Assembly: GCA_964507855.1 (NCBI GenBank)
Contig: CAZDQS010000001.1
Span: 230,121-294,120, forward strand
DNA length: 64,000 bases
Direction of reading: 5' to 3'
Source: an uncultured Candidatus Saccharibacteria bacterium
Lineage (GTDB): Bacteria > Patescibacteriota > Saccharimonadia > Saccharimonadales > CAZDQS01
The translations under genes and the position numbers were made by a program. Positions 1 through 7,807 of this stretch are shown here, piece after piece. How positions within the stretch are numbered: position 1 is the stretch's first letter; each line of letters begins with the position of its first letter. The notes below the pieces were generated by a model. It was not told the origin of the DNA. It did no database searches and worked only from the letters and a program-made list of their open reading frames with translations.

Positions 1-303
1 TAAAAGCAGTAAGTCATTGATACCGGATGCACGAATCTGTTCGAGACGCTTACTGTAAGCAATCTCGAGGCCTCTGGCGTTGAGTAAGCCTGTTAGGTCA
101 TCATGGGTCGCCATATAATTGAGTCGTTCGTTTTCTTCTCGCAGCTGCAAGTTTTCCCAGGCTCTTTTGCCGGCGTTGTAGGCCGTCTTGTAGACCGACT
201 GCTCGATGTGTGAAGCTCCAGGGAATGGCGTAGAGCTATCAAGCTCCTTGGGAGACTGAACGAAGGGCTGGTTGTCTGGATTAGGGATATGTTGTTCGGG
301 CAT
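1..303 (-). CDS. GGDEF-domain (diguanylate cyclase-like) protein, N-terminal 101 codons; continues past window start
   Basis: Own minus-strand translation from ATG at 303: MPEQHIPNPDNQPF...RAWENLQLREENERLNYMATHDDLTGLLNARGLEIAYSKRLEQIR. The DxLTGLxNRR block is the canonical start of GGDEF domains. Not in the ORF track because it is open at the window edge. Confidence 0.55.
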   Translation of the reverse strand, partial: MPEQHIPNPDNQPFVQSPKELDSSTPFPGASHIEQSVYKTAYNAGKRAWENLQLREENERLNYMATHDDLTGLLNARGLEIAYSKRLEQIRASGINDLLLL

Positions 304-729
304 ACTGTAAATTATAACAATATTAAATACTTGACTATGGTTTTAGATAATAAGGCGCGGGCAGCACGAGGCTTTCTTGATATAGGAACTGTATAGTAAA
401 CCAGACTGAGAGCTATCATCAAAGTCGTACTCGCCAGGCTCGGGTAGGGGCTCAAGATTGTACCGTGATGGGATATCGGACATAAATTTTACTATACAAA
501 ATTAAACTGAATAGCCAATAATCTTAAGAGATTTGCAAGAGATGTGAGTATGGCGTTAACATCATTACGCTATAATCTAATTATAACATAAAAGTTATGT
601 TTATGTCAACATATTAAGTGTATTGATGGCTTCAAAGAGTCTTAAACAAACAAACGTGCGCCTAACAGATGCGTTAGATGGAAAGCCTGCAGGTTCTGTG
701 AATTTTCTGTTGTGGTATAGTTGTGCAGA

Positions 730-1563
730 ATGAGGATAGCTATAATCTCGAAGCGCAAGTCGCCCAATACACTTGATCTGATACATGCAGCAAAGACACG
801 GAATATAACCGCCAAGGTGCACCCGCTGCGCGAACTGGCACTTGAAATTGAACAGCTACCTGAACATGAATTCTTCTCATATGACGCATATATATTTCGC
901 GGCTACAATAAGAATTACGCACTTGCCCAGGCGCTCGTACAGCTACTTATAGCACGCGGAAAAATTGTTCTCGACGGCGTATTAGCCAAAAACTTCATCC
1001 CTTCCAAGCTGCATGAAGCATTGGTGTATAAACAAAATAATATACCGCATATCCCCACCTACTACGCAGGAAGCGTCAGCGCTTGGCAGGCCTCGAATGT
1101 ACGATTAGCTTTCCCGGTTATTGTAAAAGACGTTGATTCACAGCAAGGCAAAGGTGTGCGGCTCTGTCGGAACGAAGCAGAGCTTTTGTCAGAAATTGAG
1201 GCAAAAAACACGAAAATAATAATCCAGCAATTTATCAACATGCAGTTTGATATACGGGTTATTTGTGTAGGGGATAAAGTCATAGGGGCTATAAAGCGTG
1301 AATCGGCAGGTACTGATTTCCGTACAAATATTTCCCAGGGCGGAATTGCGCAAGCATACACGCTCAGCGATGAGGAGCGTTCGCTTGCGTTTCGGGCTCA
1401 CAAGAGTCTGGGTTATGATGTTTCTGGAGTAGATATTACGCGCGATAACGACGGAAACCTCTGCGTAATAGAAACCAATATTACACCTGAATGGCAGGGA
1501 TTTAAGCAGGCCACAGGTATTGATGTGGCAGATATAATAATCCAACACACTATGGAGAAATAA
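730..1563 (+). CDS. RimK-family ATP-grasp ligase, paralog 1
   Basis: ORF 721..1563. ATG at 730 (MRIAIISKR) preferred; it lies 8 nt after TGgTATAGT. ATP-grasp blocks PVIVKDVDSQQGKGV, IIQQFI, DIRVICVGDKV, RTNISQGG, GVDIT..VIETN. Confidence 0.8.
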   Translation: MRIAIISKRKSPNTLDLIHAAKTRNITAKVHPLRELALEIEQLPEHEFFSYDAYIFRGYNKNYALAQALVQLLIARGKIVLDGVLAKNFIPSKLHEALVYKQNNIPHIPTYYAGSVSAWQASNVRLAFPVIVKDVDSQQGKGVRLCRNEAELLSEIEAKNTKIIIQQFINMQFDIRVICVGDKVIGAIKRESAGTDFRTNISQGGIAQAYTLSDEERSLAFRAHKSLGYDVSGVDITRDNDGNLCVIETNITPEWQGFKQATGIDVADIIIQHTMEK

Positions 1564-2498
1564 TGGCAAAATTACGCATTGGATTTTTTAAAGCAGTACA
1601 GGGCTCTTTTACGGCAGAGCGAATAGCCGACATAAAAAGACGTCTCGCTGAAGACTACGGTCACGAAATCGTTGAAGCTGACTTTAGGGAAGGAGTACTT
1701 ATCGACGGTAAAGTATACGTCGGAGAGGTGTGCCTTAATGAAGTGGACGTGTATTTTTGGCATGATACAATCTGGCCTTCGCGTACCGGGGCAGACAGTT
1801 ACTATCTGCATCTGCTGCGTGCTTTAGAGCATGATGTCAAGGTTATAAATACAGCTGCTGGTACAGAGGCAGCTAATGATAAACTTCGCGCACACTCTCT
1901 ACTTCGTGCCGCTGAGCTGCCAGTGGCAAGGTTTGCGCTTGTGAGGAGTGATGACCGTGACGGCATGCAGCGGGCATTCCGGGAACTCGATAGCAAGGTA
2001 TTGATCAAGCCTCGATTTGGTGGCTGGGGGACGGGTATTGTCAGGTGCCAAACCCTTGATGACTTATACGGATTTACCGAGCTCTCAGCAGCTATGAGCG
2101 GTCAGCACCAACAGTTTCTTCTTGAACAGTTTTACGATAATGACCCATCTGGCTGGATATCAATCAGTATGATTGGGCAACAGCCCGTGATTGCCTACAG
2201 GAAGCCACTTTCGCTGGGCGGATCCGACTGGAAGGTGTACGACCCTGACAAGCAGGATGGTAAAGGCGCACAGTCTGAGTACGTTGAGCCGCCGGAAGCG
2301 CTGGTTGCAGTAGCGCAACGTGCGCAACAGGCAATAGGGAAAGATATAATCGGTTTTGACCTTATCAATACGGCCGAAGGTTACAAGATTGTTGACGAGA
2401 ATGGCCGGCCTGGTCTGTATGAGCATTGTCTCCAGCAAGCCAACGCTAGCATTGTTGATCTGGTTACTGAGCTGATCATAAACAAGATAGAAGAATAA
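1563..2498 (+). CDS. Divergent ATP-grasp ligase, paralog 2
   Basis: 311 aa ORF. Start overlaps the upstream stop (TAATG). Blocks LIKPRFGGWGTGIV, LLEQFY, GFDLI..IVDENGRPG fit an ATP-grasp fold. Confidence 0.7.
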   Translation: MAKLRIGFFKAVQGSFTAERIADIKRRLAEDYGHEIVEADFREGVLIDGKVYVGEVCLNEVDVYFWHDTIWPSRTGADSYYLHLLRALEHDVKVINTAAGTEAANDKLRAHSLLRAAELPVARFALVRSDDRDGMQRAFRELDSKVLIKPRFGGWGTGIVRCQTLDDLYGFTELSAAMSGQHQQFLLEQFYDNDPSGWISISMIGQQPVIAYRKPLSLGGSDWKVYDPDKQDGKGAQSEYVEPPEALVAVAQRAQQAIGKDIIGFDLINTAEGYKIVDENGRPGLYEHCLQQANASIVDLVTELIINKIEE

Positions 2499-2547
2499 GC
2501 ATACATAGTATTGAAATTAGTCAAGTAAAATGTTATAATATATAGTT

Positions 2548-2982
2548 ATGGTCTATAGTTCCGAAAAAAAACATATCGGCCCCGTAGAGAAAGTATCTTT
2601 TCCAGATCTTGGCGAAGATATTATTACTGCGCGTATTGATACGGGTGCACAGACATCTGCAATCTGGGCAAGTGAAATAGGTTTTGAGAAAGACCAGCTT
2701 CGCGTGGTATTTTTTGGAGAGGGACACCCCGCGTACACGGGTAAAAGTTTGTATTTTGATCAATTTTCACGCACAAAAGTTATCAGCTCTAACGGCCAGT
2801 CCGAATTGCGTTATAAGATTCCATTGCGCATAGTAATAGGTGGAAAAATAATTCGCAGCCGCTTTACGCTTGCAGATCGCAGCGCACAGAGATATCCGGT
2901 TCTCGTGGGTCGGAATACATTGCGCGGAAAGTTCATCGTGGATGTATCAAAAGATTCACCGCTGCTTAATCGAGGAGAATAA
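2548..2982 (+). CDS. Retropepsin-like aspartic protease of the RimK-associated (DUF785 / RimB-like) family
   Basis: 144 aa. ARIDTGAQTSAIW carries the D-T-G aspartic protease signature. Ends YPVLVGRNTLRGKFIVD. Sits directly upstream of rimK, as in known rimB-rimK pairs. Confidence 0.7.
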   Translation: MVYSSEKKHIGPVEKVSFPDLGEDIITARIDTGAQTSAIWASEIGFEKDQLRVVFFGEGHPAYTGKSLYFDQFSRTKVISSNGQSELRYKIPLRIVIGGKIIRSRFTLADRSAQRYPVLVGRNTLRGKFIVDVSKDSPLLNRGE

Positions 2983-2985
2983 CGA

Positions 2986-3888
2986 ATGAATATCATAATT
3001 TTATCGAAAGGCCCGGGGAATTACTCCACCAAGCGGCTGAAGGAAGAAGCCAAAAAGCGCGGACATAATGTGCGCATTGTTAACTATGCCCGTTGCTATG
3101 TGACGCTGGAAAGCGGCAACCCTGTTGTCAGGTATGAAGGTGAGGAAATCCGGGACGTTGATGTCATCATCCCGCGGATTGCCGCCAGCCTGACCAAGTA
3201 CGGCTCATCCATTGTGCGGCAGTTTGAGATGCAGAATGTTTTCACGACGACAAGCTCGATTGCGATTGTCCGTTCCCGTGACAAGCTGCGGAGCATGCAA
3301 TTGTTTTCAAAGGCCGGGGTCGGTATCCCGAAGACGGTGTTCGCGCGTGAAACTGACGAAGTAGATGACCTTATCGAACAGGTTGGCGGTGCGCCGGTGA
3401 TTATCAAGGTTGCCCGCGGCACACACGGCAAGGGTGTGGTCTTGGCTGAGACCCGCAAGGCCGCCAAGGCGGTAATGCAGGCCTTCTACGTGGAAGGCGT
3501 GAACTTCCTGGTCCAGGAGTATATCGAGGAATCTGCAGGTACTGACATCCGTGCCTTTGTGGTGGGCGGCAAGGTTGTTGCCAGTATGAAACGGCAGAGC
3601 CTTGACGATGACTTCCGCTCTAATCTTCATCAGGGCGGCGAAGGTACACCAGTCAAACTGACGGACGAAGAGCGCAAGACAGCACAAAAGGCTGCCAAGG
3701 CCATGGGTCTATCAATCTGCGGTGTTGATATGATGCGCTCCAGCCGCGGGCCGCTGGTGCTTGAAGTCAATGCCAGCCCTGGATTTGGTATAGAGAAAGT
3801 AACCGGGCGGAATGTTGCTGAAAAGATTATTGACTATGTGGAGCAGAACGCGAAAGGCAAGCGCAAAAAAGACAAAGTCGGTGCGTAA
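2986..3888 (+). CDS. rimK: Ribosomal protein S6 glutamate ligase RimK (ATP-grasp)
   Basis: 300 aa. MNIIILSKGPGNYSTKRLKEEAKKRGH.., PVIIKVARGTHGKGVVL, LVQEYIEES.GTDIRAFVVGGKV, RSNLHQGG, GVDMM..LVLEVNASPG. Confidence 0.9.
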   Translation: MNIIILSKGPGNYSTKRLKEEAKKRGHNVRIVNYARCYVTLESGNPVVRYEGEEIRDVDVIIPRIAASLTKYGSSIVRQFEMQNVFTTTSSIAIVRSRDKLRSMQLFSKAGVGIPKTVFARETDEVDDLIEQVGGAPVIIKVARGTHGKGVVLAETRKAAKAVMQAFYVEGVNFLVQEYIEESAGTDIRAFVVGGKVVASMKRQSLDDDFRSNLHQGGEGTPVKLTDEERKTAQKAAKAMGLSICGVDMMRSSRGPLVLEVNASPGFGIEKVTGRNVAEKIIDYVEQNAKGKRKKDKVGA

Positions 3889-4315
3889 GTACACACAAAC
3901 TCTCTTGAAAATTGCCGCAATAACGCTTGTTGTTGGGGCAATTTTTGTTATCGGCAGTCACCATGATAACGGGGTGCGGTTTGGTACTCGTACTTTGCAG
4001 CTTGAGCGGGTCGATACGGAGGCAGCACGTATTCGTGGCCTATCCGGACGGCAGGGCTTACCAGAGGGACAGGGAATGCTCTTTGTCTTTGACGGGCCGG
4101 GACATCACTGCATGTGGATGAAGGACATGAATTTTGCTATTGATATTGTGTGGCTGGACGGCCATAAGAACGTTGTGCATGTTGAAGAGCGCGTTACGCC
4201 GGAAACATACCCCGAGTCATTTTGCCCGCCGGTTCAGGCGAAGTATGTTATCGAGGTCTCGGACGGCTTTGTCCAGGAATCCGGTCTGGCAACCGGCCAA
4301 CATGTAGATTTTTAG
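3881..4315 (+). CDS. DUF192 family protein with N-terminal membrane anchor
   Basis: ORF 3812..4315. A GTG at 3881 overlapping the rimK stop is the more likely start. GMLFVF..HCMWMKDMNFAIDIVWLD..V matches the DUF192 core. Confidence 0.65.
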   Translation: MRKYTQTLLKIAAITLVVGAIFVIGSHHDNGVRFGTRTLQLERVDTEAARIRGLSGRQGLPEGQGMLFVFDGPGHHCMWMKDMNFAIDIVWLDGHKNVVHVEERVTPETYPESFCPPVQAKYVIEVSDGFVQESGLATGQHVDF

Positions 4316-4316
4316 C

Positions 4317-6560
4317 TCAATTGCCGTAACGAGAAATCACGATGCTAAGGTCAATACCGTTGATACTTCCGTTGCCGTCCAGGTCGCCATTACCTGAGGT
4401 CTTGCCATAGTTTCTGAGCACAATATTTAGGTCGGTAGCATCGACGTGGCCGTCTCCATTGACATCGCCGCTGTATTCTTGGGGCGGTGGTGTAGTGGTG
4501 TCAGGGTAGGATAATTCGTAGTAGCGGGGAAGTTCGACCTCTTTGAGCGCAGTAGGAGTGGAGAAGTCAAATTGCGGTATTGTTGTTACTTTGCCGGTAC
4601 CGTCAATTTTGTAGGCGCTACCGTCACGGCGCTGGACCTCGATGAGCATACCCGGCTGTAATACCGACAGGTTGAAATCGCTTGGCTCGAGGTCGCGTGT
4701 ACCATTGACGAGCACGCGGATAAATTGATGATGCAATGGGTGGTTGGGGTTGTTCTTTTCGTTGATGGCGATTGGTTCCAGTCGTGATCCGCCCACCCAA
4801 GAATCTTTGACGACGCGAGGGTGTTTGCCGTCTGCATTGCCACTGCCCAGGAGTACTGAATGGTCGTTGACCCCATTGGCATTAAACACGACCCGTTCGT
4901 AGCGCTGGTAGAAGCCGTTTGCGTCAGGGGCTTTGGAGTTAGCGACAAACTCTATGTCCATCTTGGCGTTACCAAATGTGATTGAATCCTCGTGGGCGTA
5001 TGAGTTGCTGTAGGCGCCTTGCCGGATGCCCTTGTTGTTGTGGTAGTACGCAGCGTGCTTGATGACTGGCGGTGGCCCGACGTTAGACCAGATAAAGGTA
5101 CCAAGCGCGGCGTTATTGTGGGATATGGTTCGCTCTTGTTCCCATTCACCGAAGTCTGCGGACGGTGTCCACCAGATGCCGGAAGCGTCTACCGTGCCTT
5201 GGACGCCGACGGCTACGGAGTCACGTAGCATAAGGCCGGTGCCCTTGGTCAGCTTAAAGCCGGTGACCGTAAATTTATCGCCGTTTGGATCATCAATGTC
5301 CGGGCCGCCTGGTGATACCTTGGCAGCGACAGCTCGCTCATAGGTTATGTCGTGGCTCTGCTCTTCTACTCCTTGATCCCACCAATATGCATCAGCCTGG
5401 ACGTCAAAGGCTATGGTGTTACGGAACGTGATACCATGGCTGGCGTGGGCCACGAAGGTGTGCGAGCCAAAATCGCGCCCGACTACGCCTTCTACGATAG
5501 AGCCGCGGCTGCCATCCATAGCATGGTGGAAGTGAATACCCCAACGACCTAATATTTTGCCGTCTTCACCAGGCTTGCCTTCTCTCCAGACCTGGAATTT
5601 ACGTGGTCCGAAGTGCCGGGCGGTGAAATATTTCAGACTTTGCGGCTTGGTAGAGCGCATGAACAAGTGCGAGCGCTTGCCGGGAGTCCCCTCGATCCGG
5701 ACATTCCGTGAGAGGTTGAGGACTTCGGCTGTCCACTTGTTGTTTACTTTGGGGTGGGGATATGACACGCCTTGGTTGAGAGTTATGGTCGCACCGTTGA
5801 CAGCAGTAATGGTTCGCGTGTCAAAGCTTTGGGTGTAGGATCTGTCATCTGGGTTGCCTGGATCTGGTGATTGAGTCGGCGTAATGGTGATTTCGTCGCC
5901 AACTTGCCAGCCTACCGGGGCATTCTTAAGTGTAATTTGGGTTGCTCCCTGCGGTATGCTCTCCGCTGCCCAATCCCACGAAGTTTTGGTGGTGCCGTGG
6001 ATGTCCAGTTCGCCATTGCCCATGACCCACACGCCAACGTCATCCGGTATGGGATCCATGCCGCCGCCAACTACTTTATTTTCGTCAATATTGACTAGCT
6101 GGATAAAGTGTTCGACATCTGCGCTCGCCGGCCGCATGACCATTGTGCCTGTAATAATGATGTTACGTTCGGTAATTAACTTTACGTCTTTGTTGGGCGC
6201 AAATACCAATGTGCCCATCACATGCATTTCGCCAAGTGTTGGGCTTTGCGGGAGGTCGTAAGTGACGGTGTGGTTGGTGTTGATGCCTATGGTTTCCCCG
6301 GCTTTGGGGACTTGACCGGTGCTCCAGACACTCGCGTCACTCCAGTTGCCGCTCTTGACGGTCGTGAGTGAAAAAGCAGCTCGAGTAGAAGCAACCCAAT
6401 ATCCGATACCGGTTGCGACTGTCAGTACAAATAGTAGAGTTATCAGGCCATAGTGGCGCCGAGACCAGGATGGTGATCGTGGTAGCAAGCCAAAAGCCGA
6501 CTGTGTTTGTCTGCCGGAGCGTGCGTTACGCCTGCGCTGCGGGCCTGTGTTTATGTTCAT
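4317..6560 (-). CDS. Membrane-anchored/secreted G8-domain, beta-helix protein with C-terminal type I dockerin repeats
   Basis: ORF 4317..6608. ATG at 6560 (MNINTGPQRRR, AAGGA 8 nt upstream) preferred. TM helix LITLLFVLTVATGIGYWV. G8-like start SGNWSDASVWSTGQVPKAGETIGI. C-terminal GDVNGDGHVDATDLNIVLRNYG..GDLDGNGSINGIDLSIVISRYG is a dockerin pair. Confidence 0.65.
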   Translation of the reverse strand: MNINTGPQRRRNARSGRQTQSAFGLLPRSPSWSRRHYGLITLLFVLTVATGIGYWVASTRAAFSLTTVKSGNWSDASVWSTGQVPKAGETIGINTNHTVTYDLPQSPTLGEMHVMGTLVFAPNKDVKLITERNIIITGTMVMRPASADVEHFIQLVNIDENKVVGGGMDPIPDDVGVWVMGNGELDIHGTTKTSWDWAAESIPQGATQITLKNAPVGWQVGDEITITPTQSPDPGNPDDRSYTQSFDTRTITAVNGATITLNQGVSYPHPKVNNKWTAEVLNLSRNVRIEGTPGKRSHLFMRSTKPQSLKYFTARHFGPRKFQVWREGKPGEDGKILGRWGIHFHHAMDGSRGSIVEGVVGRDFGSHTFVAHASHGITFRNTIAFDVQADAYWWDQGVEEQSHDITYERAVAAKVSPGGPDIDDPNGDKFTVTGFKLTKGTGLMLRDSVAVGVQGTVDASGIWWTPSADFGEWEQERTISHNNAALGTFIWSNVGPPPVIKHAAYYHNNKGIRQGAYSNSYAHEDSITFGNAKMDIEFVANSKAPDANGFYQRYERVVFNANGVNDHSVLLGSGNADGKHPRVVKDSWVGGSRLEPIAINEKNNPNHPLHHQFIRVLVNGTRDLEPSDFNLSVLQPGMLIEVQRRDGSAYKIDGTGKVTTIPQFDFSTPTALKEVELPRYYELSYPDTTTPPPQEYSGDVNGDGHVDATDLNIVLRNYGKTSGNGDLDGNGSINGIDLSIVISRYGN

Positions 6561-6646
6561 GGATATAATCCTTAAGGTTAAAGTACGCTTACGTACATCA
6601 ACTGTCAAGAGAGGTCGAGAAAAGGTGCTTATGCTATCATGAGCAT

Positions 6647-7132
6647 ATGATTGGCTATGTAATCCTCGGCCTGGTGCTGGGCTTGCCGCTGCTCCTTGGT
6701 ATTCTCCTGCGGGTTAATGTTTCATATCTGTTTTTTGCCCTCATGGCGGGCGAGTTGCTGGCCCGTTACTTTGGTGATGATGCCGAAGTGGTCATGGGGC
6801 TGGTGACCAAGGATGAGGTGGTGCTACGGTATGCGGAAGTGGTGGTGTTGCTCCTGCCGATAGTCCTGACGGCGCTCGTGCTCAAGCACACTATTTCGCA
6901 TGGCAAGCTGTTTGTTCAGCTGATACCGATGGTTGTTACCGGTGTCGTGCTGGCGGCATTCCTGCTGCCGATGCTGCCGGACGGATTACAGACCGAAGTC
7001 CGTTCTACCCAAATTGGCGGGCAATTATTGAAAGACAGTGATTTCATCATCGGTGCGGTGGTGATGCTCCAGATTGTCTCTCTCTGGTTGCTTCAGCGGA
7101 GCAAAGAGGGGCACGGGAAGAAGAAGCATTAG
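6647..7132 (+). CDS. Hypothetical polytopic membrane protein
   Basis: 161 aa, 4-5 hydrophobic helices. ATG lies 6 nt after TGcTATCAT. Confidence 0.6.
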   Translation: MIGYVILGLVLGLPLLLGILLRVNVSYLFFALMAGELLARYFGDDAEVVMGLVTKDEVVLRYAEVVVLLLPIVLTALVLKHTISHGKLFVQLIPMVVTGVVLAAFLLPMLPDGLQTEVRSTQIGGQLLKDSDFIIGAVVMLQIVSLWLLQRSKEGHGKKKH

Positions 7133-7166
7133 CCGTAAACTACTTTGAAGTGAAACTGGGTATGAA

Positions 7167-7300
7167 TGGGCCCACTGGACTAGCGCACATCTGCACTCGT
7201 CCTCGAAGCAGGCTTCTGCGGGCGAGCTTGAAGACCGAACCCAGGACTTGCAGATTTTCTAAAGAAAATCCGCGTCCTGATTTCGAGGCACAATAGACTG
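7167..7300 (-). repeat. Degenerate tRNA-Lys 3' third with a 57-nt T-loop insert (type II module)
   Basis: Minus strand reads ..CAGGACGCGGATTTTC TTTA GAAAATCTGCAAGTCCTGGGTTCG[57 nt]TCCAGTGGGCCCA. Homologous to 62666..62804. Confidence 0.55.
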
Positions 7301-7338
7301 CCAATGAAAAAGCCCCACCGTTGGTGAGGCATTTTCAT

Positions 7339-7497
7339 TGGAGGGCCCACTGGGATTCGGTCACCTTTGGCGACCCCGGAACTTCACGATTGGCAGCGTA
7401 GCTGCCATCGGAAGATTCCCTTGCGACATGTCACCGGCACGTCTCACCCAGGACACGCGCACGCGTCCTGATTTTGTATCTCGAGTAAGTGCTCCAC
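7339..7497 (-). repeat. Partial tRNA-Lys copy (12 nt + 21 nt exact) split by an 86-nt three-hairpin core (type I module)
   Basis: 7446-7457 and 7339-7359 are identical to tRNA-Lys positions 7552-7563 and 7530-7550. The 86-nt insert at 7360-7445 is homologous to 42316..42434 and 34866..34972. Confidence 0.6.
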
Positions 7498-7498
7498 G

Positions 7499-7523
7499 AA
7501 AAAACTCCACACAAGGTGGAGTT
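7499..7523 (-). terminator. Rho-independent terminator after tRNA-Lys(UUU)
   Basis: Minus strand CTCCAC CTTGT GTGGAG followed by TTTTTT. Confidence 0.7.
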
Positions 7524-7529
7524 CATTCG

Positions 7530-7606
7530 TGGAGGGCCCACTGGGATTCGAACCCAGGACACGTGGCTTAAAAGGCCACTGCTCTAACCAACTGAGCTAT
7601 GGGCCC
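7530..7606 (-). tRNA. tRNA-Lys(UUU), CCA encoded
   Basis: Minus strand GGGCCCA TA GCTC AGTTGGTTA GAGC A GTGGC CTTTTAA GCCAC GTGTC CTGGG TTCGAAT CCCAG TGGGCCC T CCA; clean cloverleaf. Confidence 0.95.
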
Positions 7607-7718
7607 ATGATGAGACAAACCTACGGTTTTTCTCATCGCTCGTCGGCGAAGCCGAGTCGCTGAAGCGACCAAGCTCGCTGCTCTTTTCCCCTTAAGCGAG
7701 CTTCCGAAAACTCCGTAT

Positions 7719-7747
7719 ATTATCTGGTTTTTGGGGTAAAAAGTCAA
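7719..7747 (-). promoter_or_regulatory. Candidate promoter of tRNA-Lys(UUU): TTGACT-17-GATAAT
   Basis: Minus strand TTGACT (7747-7742), 17-nt spacer, GATAAT (7724-7719). This leaves a hairpin-rich leader of about 105 nt before the tRNA. Confidence 0.45.
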
Positions 7748-7807
7748 TTTCTCTTGTAGCCAAGTTTATGATTGGCATTTATAAAGTATATTAACTATTA
7801 TTCAGGT

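Noticed and set aside
343-483. 47-codon minus-strand ORF (MSDIPSRYNLEPLPEPGEYDFDD..) between the GGDEF gene and the ATP-grasp operon
   Set aside because: It is short, has no RBS or recognisable motif, and lies in an AT-rich promoter region. There is not enough support to call it.
7338-7571. Track ORFs lying over tRNAs and tRNA-derived modules (7338..7571, 34822..35127, 34880..35263, 42086..42316, 55492..55692, 62621..62861, 63301..63564)
   Set aside because: They are translations of tRNA or structured-RNA sequence (WRESNP / GFEP-type peptides). They have no RBS or promoter logic and overlap confidently folded tRNAs.
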